Below are positions 8,147 through 17,261 of a stretch of DNA of 23,907 nucleotides, piece after piece. How positions within the stretch are numbered: position 1 is the stretch's first letter; each line of letters starts with the position of its first letter. The stretch comes from a virus. Lineage: Duplodnaviria; Heunggongvirae; Uroviricota; Caudoviricetes. The stretch is taken from IMG/VR virus record IMGVR_UViG_2711768040_000013; one strand, 5' to 3'. A model generated the notes under the pieces. It was not told where the DNA came from and searched no databases. It saw nothing but the letters and a program-made list of their open reading frames with translations. The position numbers and the translations under genes are program-made.

Positions 8147-9088
8147 TTATATTTTTAATGTTAGTGAATGATATTCACGAGAGTTCACGTTCGATGTGAT
8201 GTAATCGGGGGCGTTAACACCAAGAATCGCAACGAGCAATCGGCAAATTAAAGCCTGCATTTGTTGTAATATGTCATCTCCATATTGATAATTGTTAATA
8301 GTGGTAAAGCCAAGTGGTTGACCATGAAACATAGCTTCATGAAAGTTTTCATTGCGGATGTTTGTAATGTTTTTTTTGCCTGTAACCCATGATGGTCGTG
8401 GTATGCCATAAGTTTTGCAGATCCACTTCAAGCGCCTGGAGTGATTTAGAGTCTTTTCTGTACACTTGTTCTTTTCTGCCCATGTTAAAGCAAAGCAACT
8501 ATCCAGTGCCATATAAAGATACTGGAATTTTTCGAAGCTAAGGTATTGTGGGTTTTGGGATAAAAATAGTGCATGCACTATTGCTGCTATATTTATTGGT
8601 GCGTGTTTGGTTTTTTTCTCGCTAGACATGTATTTGAGTGCTAATTCTATAACCTCTTTTTCAGAGCACTTGACCAGAATAAAGTCAGTTAATTTGCTGG
8701 GTTTTATTGGGGTTGCGTCTAAAAAACCGGCATCAGTAGTTGTTAATCTTATCCCTTTGAAAAAAGACAGACACCACACAGCAAAATTGAGAGTTTCTAG
8801 TGAAGATGTATTTTTTAATTTTAGTGAGTGTGTTTTGGGTAAGCCAAATACTCGTTGGCTAAAAGGCATTGTGGATATGCCTCCATTGAGGTTATATACT
8901 TCTTGGTTTCCTGGGTATATCCAACCGTTAATAACATTTCTGTGATTGTTTATAAGATTTGTTTTTTCCGCTAGACCGGGTAAAGTAAGTAAAGAAAAAT
9001 CATCAGTTTCAACGTTAACCTCTACTGGATAGTATCCAAACTCAGCTTCAATATCATTGGATTGCTGTTCGTCAACTTTACCTTGCAT
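8147..9088 (-). CDS. Hypothetical 313-aa protein with C-terminal HEPN-like RNxxxH motif (candidate abortive-infection RNase)
   Basis: Long ORF in visibly AT-rich DNA; GGAG Shine-Dalgarno 6 nt before the ATG at 9088; R245-N-E-N-F-H250 encoded at 8339-8356 fits the Rx4-6H HEPN signature; no P-loop; otherwise not recognised. Confidence 0.6.
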   Translation of the reverse strand: MQGKVDEQQSNDIEAEFGYYPVEVNVETDDFSLLTLPGLAEKTNLINNHRNVINGWIYPGNQEVYNLNGGISTMPFSQRVFGLPKTHSLKLKNTSSLETLNFAVWCLSFFKGIRLTTTDAGFLDATPIKPSKLTDFILVKCSEKEVIELALKYMSSEKKTKHAPINIAAIVHALFLSQNPQYLSFEKFQYLYMALDSCFALTWAEKNKCTEKTLNHSRRLKWICKTYGIPRPSWVTGKKNITNIRNENFHEAMFHGQPLGFTTINNYQYGDDILQQMQALICRLLVAILGVNAPDYITSNVNSREYHSLTLKI

Positions 9089-9202
9089 ACATTGCTCCGG
9101 TCAAAAATAGGCTCGATAATTCTCGTAAGCCTATCATGTTCGCAAAGTATCCATACCTGTGGATTTTGTAAATTTAAGTTGATTTGTCATTAAATAAGCC
9201 GT

Positions 9203-9231
9203 GCATGCAACAAGTGAATGTTTTTGCATGC
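9203..9231. promoter_or_regulatory. Inverted repeat GCATGCAA-N13-TTGCATGC upstream of the 313-aa gene
   Basis: Read directly; about 115 bp upstream of the 313-aa gene start, in its likely promoter region. Confidence 0.3.
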
Positions 9232-9325
9232 GTCGGGGATGCCCGTTCCGGCTGCTTGCGGTCAGAGCTGGTGCGGATCCATAGTATCTAAGCAACTGCA
9301 TTAAAACCGCCCTATGAAGCGGGCG

Positions 9326-9344
9326 GGCGAGGCGGGGAAAGCAC
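9326..9344. other. cos site: 19-nt P2-type cohesive-end sequence GGCGAGGCGGGGAAAGCAC
   Basis: Exact match to the P2 cohesive end as I recall it, in the expected position downstream of Q, inside a GC-rich non-coding stretch. Confidence 0.7.
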
Positions 9345-9486
9345 TGCGCGCTGGCGGTGGTGCTGATTTTATTTTTTCAGCGTCTGAGCGCGTCGTGACG
9401 GCGCTTAGTCTGCCCGTTGAGGCGTTGGTGTGTCTGCGGGGTGTTTTGTGCGGTGGTGAGCGTGTGAGGGCGTGATGACGAGGTGT

Positions 9487-9510
9487 AAAAAAGCCGCCCG
9501 CAGGCGGCGA
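9487..9510 (-). terminator. Rho-independent terminator after portal gene Q (minus strand)
   Basis: On the minus strand GCCGCC-TGCG-GGCGGC followed by TTTTTT, immediately 3' of the Q stop. Confidence 0.6.
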
Positions 9511-9513
9511 TGT

Positions 9514-10548
9514 TCAGCCGTTGTCAGTGTCCAGTGAGTAGTTTTTAAAGCGGATGACCTCCTGACCGAGCCAGCCGTTTATCTCGCGGATCCTGTCCTG
9601 TAACGGGATAAGCTCATTGCGGACAAAGACCTTTGCCACTTTCTCAATATCTCCCAGTGACCCGACGTTCTCCGGCTTGCCGCCCATCAACTGAAAGGGG
9701 ATGCGGTGTGCGTCCAGCAGGTCTGCGGCGCTGGCTTTTTTGATATTAAAAAAATCGTCCTTCGTCGCCACTTCACTGAGCGGGATAATTTTAATGCCGT
9801 CGGCTTTCCCTTGCGGGGCATAGAGAAACAGATTTTTAAAGTTGTTGCGGCCTTTCGACTTCACCATGTTTTCGCGGAGCATTTCGATATCGTTGCGATC
9901 CTGCACGGCATCGGTGACGTACATGATGTATCCGGCATGTGCGCCGTTTTCGTAATACTTGCGGCGGAACAGCGTGGCCGACTCATTCAGCCAGGCAGAG
10001 TTAAGGGCGCTGAGATATTCCGGCAGGCCGTACAGCTCCTGATTAATATCCGGCTCCAGCAGGTGAAACACGGAGCCGGGCGCGAAAGGTGTCGGCTCAT
10101 GGAAGGACGGCACCCACCAGTAAACATCCTCTTCCACGCCACGGCGGGTATATTTTGCCGGTGAGGTTTCCAGTCTGATGACCTTACCGGTGGTGCTGTA
10201 ACGCTTTTCCAGAAACGCATTACCGAACACCAGAAAATCCAGCACAAAGCGGCTGAAATCCTGCTGAGAAAGCCACGGGTGCGGGATAAACGTTGAAGCC
10301 AGAATATTGCGTTTGACGTAAATCGGTGAGCTGTGATGCACGGCAGCACGCAGGCTTTTTGCCAGACCGGTAAAGCTGACCGGTGGCTCATACCATCTGC
10401 CGTTACTGATGCACTCGACGTAATCCAGAATGTCACGGCGGTCGAGTACCGGCACCGGCTCACCAAAGGTGAATGCCTCCATTTTCGGGGCGCTGGCGGT
10501 CATTTTTTTTGCCGCAGGTTGCGGTGTTTTCCCTTTTTTCTTGCTCAT
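9514..10548 (-). CDS. Q: Portal protein (P2 gpQ-like)
   Basis: 344 aa, same length as P2 Q; position and orientation next to terminase as in P2. Confidence 0.88.
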   Translation of the reverse strand: MSKKKGKTPQPAAKKMTASAPKMEAFTFGEPVPVLDRRDILDYVECISNGRWYEPPVSFTGLAKSLRAAVHHSSPIYVKRNILASTFIPHPWLSQQDFSRFVLDFLVFGNAFLEKRYSTTGKVIRLETSPAKYTRRGVEEDVYWWVPSFHEPTPFAPGSVFHLLEPDINQELYGLPEYLSALNSAWLNESATLFRRKYYENGAHAGYIMYVTDAVQDRNDIEMLRENMVKSKGRNNFKNLFLYAPQGKADGIKIIPLSEVATKDDFFNIKKASAADLLDAHRIPFQLMGGKPENVGSLGDIEKVAKVFVRNELIPLQDRIREINGWLGQEVIRFKNYSLDTDNG

Positions 10549-12320
10549 CAGTAAAACTCCAGAATGGTGGATGTCAGCGGGGTGCTGATACCGGCGGTGA
10601 GTGGCTCATTTAACAGGGCGTGCATGGTCGCCCAGGCGAGGTCGGCGTGGCTGGCTTCCTCGCTGCGGCTGGCCTCATAGGTGGCACTGCGTCCGCTGCT
10701 GGTCATGGTCTTGCGGATAGCCATAAACGAGCTGGTGATGTCGGTGGCGCTGACGTCGTATTCCAGACAGCCACGGCGGATGACGTCTTTTGCCTTGAGC
10801 ACCATTGCGGTTTTCATTTCCGGCGTGTAGCGGATGTCGCGCGCGGCGGGATAGAACGAGCGCACGAGCTGGAACACGCCGACACCGAGGCCGGTGGCAT
10901 CAATACCGATGTATTCGACGTTGTATTTTTCGGTGAGTTTGCGGATGGATTCCGCCTGAGTGGCAAAGTCCATGCCTTTCCACTGGTGACGCTCAAGTAT
11001 TCTGAATTTGCCACCGGCCACCACCGGCGGTGCCAGCACCACGCATCCGGCACTGTCGCCACGGTGTGACGGGTCGTAACCAATCCAGACCGGGCGGGAG
11101 CCGAACGGATTCGCGGCAAACGGCGCATAGTCTTCCCATTCTTCCAGCGTGTCGACCATGCAGCGTTGCAGCTCCTCGAACGGGAATACCGACGCCTTGT
11201 CGTCAACAAATTCACACATGAACAGGTTTTTAAAATCGTCGGCGCTGTTTTCACGTTTGAGCTGCTCAATGTCGAACAGCGTGCAGCCACCTTTCAGGGC
11301 GTCCTCAATGGTGACAATCTGCCGCCACTGGCCGTCCGCACAGAGAAGCCCACCGGCAAGGGCGTTATGACTGACGTCGATTTCCACGCGTTCGGCGGCG
11401 CTGGCGCGTCCCCGGTTGAACAGTTCACCTGACCAGAACGGGTAGGCGTCGTGCGCCAGCGTGGACGGGGTGGAGAAATAGGTCGAACGCAGGTGACTCT
11501 GTGAGGCCATACCTGATGCCACCTTACGCAGTACCTGAAAATTCGGGATCCAGAAAATCTCGTCGACGTACAGGTCGCCGTTATGGCTCTGTGCGGTGTT
11601 GGAGTTGGTGCCGAGAAAAATCAGTTTTGCGCCGTTATTGCCCAGGACAATCGGGTCACCGGTCAGGTCAACGTCAACCAGCCGGGCAAAGGCGATGATG
11701 TATTCACGGAACACATACGCCTGCGTTTTACTGGCCGACAGAAAAATCTGGTTATGGCCGGTTTTCAGGGCGCGCAGCAGCGCCTCGCGGGAAAAATAAA
11801 ACGTTGCGCCAATCTGGCGGGATTTCAGGATATCGCGGATGCGGTGCTCAAGCCCGGCGCGATACCAGTGCAACTGATAGTCGAAAGACTGCTCAAAGAA
11901 AATCTGCTCCAGCTTTTCGATGGCCTCGTCACTGAAAAAATTCTTTTTCGGTTTGCGACGCCCGCCTTTGTTGCGGTTAGCGAAGTTCGGATTAAGGTCT
12001 GCCTCGTTGCCGGTCTGACTGTAGCGGTTGACCCGTGCCAGTCGTTCAATCTGGCGTCCCAGCAGGTCAATTTCCTTGAAGTCACCGCCGGTTTTCTGCG
12101 GTTTGATGATGAGCTGGGTCAGCCGCGCTTCCAGACTCATTTCGACACGGCTGATGGGGGCAACGCTGTCCCAGCCGTCGCGCTGTTTCCAGCTCTGCAC
12201 CGTCGGGCGTTTCATCTGCAACATGGCGGCAATCTGCGGCACGGAAAACCCCTGCCAGTACAGCAGCGCCGCCTGACGACGCGGGTCGTGTAAAAGAGTG
12301 GTGTCTGTGGTGATGGTCAT
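10548..12320 (-). CDS. P: Terminase large (ATPase) subunit (P2 gpP-like)
   Basis: 590 aa from MTITTDTT (GAGG Shine-Dalgarno upstream of ATG 12320), same length as P2 P; track start 12350 adds 10 residues. Confidence 0.88.
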   Translation of the reverse strand: MTITTDTTLLHDPRRQAALLYWQGFSVPQIAAMLQMKRPTVQSWKQRDGWDSVAPISRVEMSLEARLTQLIIKPQKTGGDFKEIDLLGRQIERLARVNRYSQTGNEADLNPNFANRNKGGRRKPKKNFFSDEAIEKLEQIFFEQSFDYQLHWYRAGLEHRIRDILKSRQIGATFYFSREALLRALKTGHNQIFLSASKTQAYVFREYIIAFARLVDVDLTGDPIVLGNNGAKLIFLGTNSNTAQSHNGDLYVDEIFWIPNFQVLRKVASGMASQSHLRSTYFSTPSTLAHDAYPFWSGELFNRGRASAAERVEIDVSHNALAGGLLCADGQWRQIVTIEDALKGGCTLFDIEQLKRENSADDFKNLFMCEFVDDKASVFPFEELQRCMVDTLEEWEDYAPFAANPFGSRPVWIGYDPSHRGDSAGCVVLAPPVVAGGKFRILERHQWKGMDFATQAESIRKLTEKYNVEYIGIDATGLGVGVFQLVRSFYPAARDIRYTPEMKTAMVLKAKDVIRRGCLEYDVSATDITSSFMAIRKTMTSSGRSATYEASRSEEASHADLAWATMHALLNEPLTAGISTPLTSTILEFY

Positions 12321-12493
12321 GAATACCTCGCCGTGATGAATACACGGCAAGGCTACTGAGTCGCGTCCCGCGATTCGCTAAGGTGCTGTTGTGTCAGTGA
12401 TAAGCCATCCGGGACTGATGGCGGAGGATGCGCATCGTCGGGAAACTGATGCCGACATGTGACTCCTCTAATCACTATTCAGGACTCCTGACA
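12321..12493. promoter_or_regulatory. Divergent late-promoter region between P and O (includes palindrome CCGTG-N7-CACGG at 12331-12347)
   Basis: 173-bp intergenic gap between divergently transcribed late operons, as in P2; I could not identify a specific activator-binding element by eye. Confidence 0.4.
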
Positions 12494-13348
12494 ATGGCAA
12501 AAAAAGTCTCAAAATTCTTTCGTATCGGCGTTGAAGGTGACACCTGTGACGGGCGTGTCATCAGTGCGCAGGATATTCAGGAAATGGCCGAAACCTTTGA
12601 CCCGCGTGTCTATGGTTGCCGTATTAACCTGGAACATCTGCGCGGCATCCTGCCTGACGGTATTTTTAAGCGTTATGGCGATGTGGCCGAACTGAAGGCC
12701 GAAAAGATTGACGATGATTCGGCGCTGAAAGGCAAATGGGCGCTGTTTGCGAAAATCACCCCGACCGATGACCTTATCGCGATGAACAAGGCCGCGCAGA
12801 AGGTCTACACCTCAATGGAAATTCAGCCGAACTTTGCCAACACCGGCAAATGTTATCTGGTGGGTCTGGCCGTCACCGATGACCCGGCAAGCCTCGGCAC
12901 GGAATACCTGGAATTCTGCCGCACGGCAAAACACAACCCCCTGAACCGCTTCAAATTAAGCCCTGAAAACCTGATTTCAGTGGCAACGCCTGTTGAGCTG
13001 GAATTTGAAGACCTGCCTGAAACCGTGTTCACCGCCCTGACCGAAAAGGTGAAGTCCATTTTTGGCCGCAAACAGGCCAGCGATGACGCCCGTCTGAATG
13101 ACGTGCATGAAGCGGTGACCGCTGTTGCTGAACATGTGCAGGAAAAACTGAGCGCCACTGAGCAGCGCCTCGCTGAGATGGAAACCGCCTTTTCCGCACT
13201 TAAGCAGGAGGTGACTGACAGGGCGGATGAAACCAGCCAGGCATTCAGCCGCCTGAAAAACAGTCTCGACAACACCGAAAGTCTGACCCAGCAGCGCCGC
13301 AGCAAGGCCACCGGCGGTGGCGGTGACGCCCTGATGACGAACTGCTGA
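12494..13348 (+). CDS. O: Capsid scaffolding protein (P2 gpO-like)
   Basis: 284 aa from MAKKVSKFFRIGVEGDTCDGRV, resembling P2 O as recalled; track ORF begins 22 codons upstream. Confidence 0.88.
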   Translation: MAKKVSKFFRIGVEGDTCDGRVISAQDIQEMAETFDPRVYGCRINLEHLRGILPDGIFKRYGDVAELKAEKIDDDSALKGKWALFAKITPTDDLIAMNKAAQKVYTSMEIQPNFANTGKCYLVGLAVTDDPASLGTEYLEFCRTAKHNPLNRFKLSPENLISVATPVELEFEDLPETVFTALTEKVKSIFGRKQASDDARLNDVHEAVTAVAEHVQEKLSATEQRLAEMETAFSALKQEVTDRADETSQAFSRLKNSLDNTESLTQQRRSKATGGGGDALMTNC

Positions 13349-13406
13349 CCGGCGTCAGCCAGTCCGGGAAAACCTTCACGATTAACCCTTAATTTCAGGA
13401 AAAACT

Positions 13407-14480
13407 ATGCGCCAGGAAACCCGCTTTAAATTTAATGCCTACCTGTCCCGTGTTGCCGAACTGAACGGCATCGACGCCGGTGATGTGTCGAAAAAATTCA
13501 CCGTTGAACCGTCGGTCACCCAGACCCTGATGAACACCATGCAGGAGTCCTCTGACTTTCTGACCCGCATCAACATTGTGCCGGTCAGCGAAATGAAAGG
13601 GGAAAAAATTGGTATTGGTGTCACCGGCTCCATCGCCAGCACCACCGACACCGCCGGTGGCACCGAGCGTCAGCCGAAGGACTTCTCGAAGCTGGCGTCC
13701 AGTAAGTACGAATGCGACCAGATTAACTTCGATTTTTATATCCGCTACAAAACGCTGGACCTGTGGGCGCGTTATCAGGATTTCCAGCTCCGTATCCGTA
13801 ACGCCATTATCAAACGCCAGTCCCTTGATTTCATCATGGCCGGTTTTAACGGCGTGAAGCGTGCCGAAACCTCTGACCGCAACAGCAATCCGATGTTGCA
13901 GGATGTGGCGGTCGGCTGGCTGCAGAAATACCGCAATGAAGCCCCGGCGCGCGTGATGAGCAAGGTCACTGACGAGGAAGGCCGCACCACCTCTGAGGTT
14001 ATCCGCGTGGGTAAGGGCGGTGATTATGCCAGCCTTGATGCACTGGTGATGGATGCGACCAACAACCTGATTGAGCCGTGGTATCAGGAAGACCCTGACC
14101 TTGTGGTGATTGTGGGGCGTCAGCTACTGGCGGACAAGTATTTCCCCATCGTCAACAGGGAGCAGGACAACAGCGAAATGCTGGCCGCTGACGTCATCAT
14201 CAGCCAGAAACGCATCGGTAACCTGCCGGCGGTACGCGTCCCGTACTTCCCGGCGGATGCGATGCTCATCACGAAGCTGGAAAACCTGTCCATCTACTAC
14301 ATGGATGACAGCCATCGCCGCGTGATTGAGGAAAACCCGAAACTCGACCGCGTGGAGAACTACGAGTCAATGAACATTGATTACGTGGTGGAAGACTACG
14401 CCGCCGGTTGTCTGGTGGAAAAAATTAAGGTCGGTGATTTCTCCACACTGGCTAAAGCGACCGCAGAGCCGGGAGCGTAA
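13407..14480 (+). CDS. N: Major capsid protein (P2 gpN-like)
   Basis: 357 aa, same length and position as P2 N. Confidence 0.88.
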   Translation: MRQETRFKFNAYLSRVAELNGIDAGDVSKKFTVEPSVTQTLMNTMQESSDFLTRINIVPVSEMKGEKIGIGVTGSIASTTDTAGGTERQPKDFSKLASSKYECDQINFDFYIRYKTLDLWARYQDFQLRIRNAIIKRQSLDFIMAGFNGVKRAETSDRNSNPMLQDVAVGWLQKYRNEAPARVMSKVTDEEGRTTSEVIRVGKGGDYASLDALVMDATNNLIEPWYQEDPDLVVIVGRQLLADKYFPIVNREQDNSEMLAADVIISQKRIGNLPAVRVPYFPADAMLITKLENLSIYYMDDSHRRVIEENPKLDRVENYESMNIDYVVEDYAAGCLVEKIKVGDFSTLAKATAEPGA

Positions 14481-14483
14481 CCG

Positions 14484-15227
14484 ATGACGAGTCCCGCACA
14501 GCGCCACATGATGCGGGTCTCGGCAGCGATGACCGCGCAGCGGGAAGCCGCCCCGCTGCGACATGCAACTGTCTATGAGCAGATGCTGGTTAAGCTCGCC
14601 GCAGACCAGCGCACACTGAAAGCGATTTATTCAAAAGAGCTGAAGGCCGCGAAAAAACGCGAACTGCTGCCGTTCTGGTTGCCGTGGGTGAACGGCGTGC
14701 TGGAGCAGGGCAAAGGTGCACAGGATGACATTCTGATGACGGTCATGCTGTGGCGTCTGGATACCGGCGATATTGCCGGTGCGCTGGAGATTGCCCGTTA
14801 TGCCCTGAAGTACGGTCTGACCATGCCGGGTAAACACCGCCGTACCCCGCCGTACATGTTCACCGAGGAGGTGGCGCTTGCGGCCATGCGCGCTCACGCT
14901 GCCGGTGAGTCTGTGGATACCCGCCTGCTGACGGAGACCCTTGAACTGACCGCCACGGCTGACATGCCTGATGAAGTGCGCGCAAAGCTGCACAAAATTA
15001 CCGGTCTGTTTCTGCGTGACGGTGGTGATGCCGCCGGTGCGCTGGCTCACCTGCAACGTGCGACACAGCTCGACTGTCAGGCAGGCGTCAAAAAAGAGAT
15101 TGAACGACTGGAGCGGGAGCTGAAACCGAAGCCGGAGCCGCAGCCCAAAGCGGCCACCCGCGCCCCGCGTAAGACCCGGAGCGTGACACCGGCAAAACGT
15201 GGACGCCCGAAAAAGAAAGCCAGTTAA
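14484..15227 (+). CDS. M: Terminase small (endonuclease) subunit (P2 gpM-like)
   Basis: 247 aa, same length and position as P2 M; basic C-terminal tail. Confidence 0.85.
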   Translation: MTSPAQRHMMRVSAAMTAQREAAPLRHATVYEQMLVKLAADQRTLKAIYSKELKAAKKRELLPFWLPWVNGVLEQGKGAQDDILMTVMLWRLDTGDIAGALEIARYALKYGLTMPGKHRRTPPYMFTEEVALAAMRAHAAGESVDTRLLTETLELTATADMPDEVRAKLHKITGLFLRDGGDAAGALAHLQRATQLDCQAGVKKEIERLERELKPKPEPQPKAATRAPRKTRSVTPAKRGRPKKKAS

Positions 15228-15326
15228 CAACCGAATGCGCCCCGCGCCAGGGCGGCACGCCGGTCAGTGAGGGTGAATCACCTGACACTGCACCGGCGTC
15301 CACCGCCCGACTTTTCAGAGGTAGTC

Positions 15327-15836
15327 ATGATGACGCTGATTATTCCGCGAAAGGAGGCTCCCGTGTCCGGTGAGGGTACGGTGGTCATCCCGCAACCGGC
15401 AGGCGACGAGCCGGTGATTAAAAACACGTTCTTTTTTCCCGATATCGACCCGAAGCGCGTCCGGGAACGTATGCGCCTTGAGCAGACCGTCGCCCCCGCC
15501 CGTCTGCGTGAGGCCATCAAGTCAGGCATGGCGGAGACGAATGCGGAGCTGTACGAGTACCGCGAACAGAAAATTGCCGCCGGTTTTACGCGTCTGGCGG
15601 ACGTCCCGGCGGACGACATCGACGGTGAAAGCATCAAAGTTTTTTACTACGAGCGCGCCGTGTGTGCGATGGCGACCGCGTCGCTTTATGAACGTTATCG
15701 CGGTGTGGATGCCAGTGCGAAAGGCGACAAGAAGGCCGACAGCATTGACAGCACCATTGATGAGCTGTGGCGGGATATGCGCTGGGCAGTGGCGCGCATC
15801 CAGGACAAGCCGCGCTGCATCGTGAGTCAAATCTGA
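15327..15836 (+). CDS. L: Head completion/stabilisation protein (P2 gpL-like)
   Basis: 169 aa from MMTLIIPRK with GAGG Shine-Dalgarno; track ORF begins 20 codons upstream. Confidence 0.85.
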   Translation: MMTLIIPRKEAPVSGEGTVVIPQPAGDEPVIKNTFFFPDIDPKRVRERMRLEQTVAPARLREAIKSGMAETNAELYEYREQKIAAGFTRLADVPADDIDGESIKVFYYERAVCAMATASLYERYRGVDASAKGDKKADSIDSTIDELWRDMRWAVARIQDKPRCIVSQI

Positions 15837-16039
15837 TGAAGACCTTTGCGCTACAGGGCGACACGCTCGACGCCATTTGTGTCCGGTATTACGGGCGCAC
15901 TGAGGGCGTGGTTGAGACCGTGCTCGCCGCAAATCCGGGACTGGCTGAACTGGGTGCGGTGCTGCCACACGGCACCGCCGTCGAACTGCCCGACGTTCAG
16001 ACCGCGCCCGTGGCTGAAACTGTCAATCTGTGGGAGTAA
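15836..16039 (+). CDS. X: Tail protein X (P2 gpX-like)
   Basis: 67 aa from MKTFALQGDTLDAI; start overlaps the L stop (TGATG). Confidence 0.8.
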   Translation: MKTFALQGDTLDAICVRYYGRTEGVVETVLAANPGLAELGAVLPHGTAVELPDVQTAPVAETVNLWE

Positions 16040-16042
16040 CGC

Positions 16043-16324
16043 ATGACAGCAGAAGAAAAAAGCGTCCTGTCGCTTTTCATGATTGGGGTGCTGATTGTTG
16101 TCGGCAAGGTGCTTGCCGGTGGTGAACCCATCACCCCGCGTCTGTTTATCGGGCGCATGTTGCTCGGTGGTTTTGTCTCGATGGTTGCCGGTGTTGTTCT
16201 GGTGCAGTTTCCTGACCTGTCACTGCCTGCGGTGTGCGGTATCGGCTCCATGCTGGGTATCGCCGGTTATCAGGTGATTGAGATTGCCATTCAGCGCCGC
16301 TTTAAGGGCAGGGGGAAACCGTAA
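16043..16324 (+). CDS. Y: Holin (P2 gpY-like)
   Basis: 93 aa with hydrophobic transmembrane segments; first gene of the lysis cassette as in P2. Confidence 0.85.
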   Translation: MTAEEKSVLSLFMIGVLIVVGKVLAGGEPITPRLFIGRMLLGGFVSMVAGVVLVQFPDLSLPAVCGIGSMLGIAGYQVIEIAIQRRFKGRGKP

Positions 16325-16821
16325 TGCCGGTTATTAACACGCATCAGAATATCGCCGCCTTTCTCGACATGCTGGCCGTGTCCGAAGGGACGGCAAACCA
16401 TCCGCTGACGAAAAACCGGGGCTATGACGTGATAGTCACCGGACTGGACGGGAAGCCGGAAATTTTCACCGACTACAGTGACCACCCGTTCGCGCATGGC
16501 CGACCGGCGAAGGTGTTTAACCGTCGCGGTGAAAAATCCACGGCCTCCGGTCGCTATCAGCAGCTTTACCTGTTCTGGCCGCACTACCGCAAACAGCTTG
16601 CCCTGCCGGATTTCAGTCCGTTGTCACAGGACAGACTTGCCATTCAGTTGATCCGCGAACGCGGTGCACTGGATGACATCCGGGCGGGACGCATTGAACG
16701 CGCCATTTCACGCTGTCGCAATATCTGGGCGTCCCTGCCGGGTGCCGGTTACGGTCAGCGTGAGCATTCACTGGAAAAACTGGTCACCGTCTGGCGTACC
16801 GCCGGCGGCGTACCGGCTTAA
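16324..16821 (+). CDS. K: Endolysin (P2 gpK-like)
   Basis: 165 aa, same length and position as P2 K. Confidence 0.85.
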   Translation: MPVINTHQNIAAFLDMLAVSEGTANHPLTKNRGYDVIVTGLDGKPEIFTDYSDHPFAHGRPAKVFNRRGEKSTASGRYQQLYLFWPHYRKQLALPDFSPLSQDRLAIQLIRERGALDDIRAGRIERAISRCRNIWASLPGAGYGQREHSLEKLVTVWRTAGGVPA

Positions 16822-16835
16822 ACGGAGTAAACACC

Positions 16836-17261
16836 ATGAAGAAATTATCCCTTTCACTGATGCTGAACGTGTCGCTGGCGATGATGCTGGCACTGTCCCT
16901 GATTTACCCGCAGAGCGTGGCCGTCAGTTTTGTCGCCACCTGGGCGATTCTGGCGACGGTTATCTGTGTGGTTGCCGGTGGTGTCGGCGTGTATGCCACG
17001 GAGTATGTACTGGAACGCTACGGGCGGGAGCTGCCGCCGGAATCGCTGGCCGTGAAGATTGTCACGTCGCTGTTTTTGCAGCCGGTGCCGTGGCGCAGAC
17101 GGGCAGTAGCTCTGGTGGTGATGGTGGCGACATTTATCTCGCTGGTTGCCGCCGGGTGGATTTTTACTGCGCTGATTTACCTCGTGGTGTCGGTGTTCTT
17201 CCGGCTGATACGTACGGCCTGCCGTCAGCGTTTTGAGGGGCGGGAACCATGTCAAGGCTGA
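16836..17261 (+). CDS. lysA: Lysis timing protein LysA (membrane protein)
   Basis: 141 aa, multiple hydrophobic segments, same length and position as P2 LysA. Confidence 0.8.
   Translation: MKKLSLSLMLNVSLAMMLALSLIYPQSVAVSFVATWAILATVICVVAGGVGVYATEYVLERYGRELPPESLAVKIVTSLFLQPVPWRRRAVALVVMVATFISLVAAGWIFTALIYLVVSVFFRLIRTACRQRFEGREPCQG

Noticed and set aside
11583-12293. 236-aa ORF on the plus strand inside the terminase large subunit gene
   Set aside because: Antisense to a confidently identified P2-like gene in GC-rich DNA, where long spurious reading frames are common; no ribosome-binding site or recognisable motif.
14631-15230. 199-aa minus-strand ORF opposite the terminase small subunit gene, plus similar antisense ORFs such as 15522-15968, 18539-19063 and 20264-20875
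   Set aside because: All overlap well-supported late genes on the opposite strand and have arginine/cysteine-rich, low-complexity translations typical of GC-rich antisense frames.
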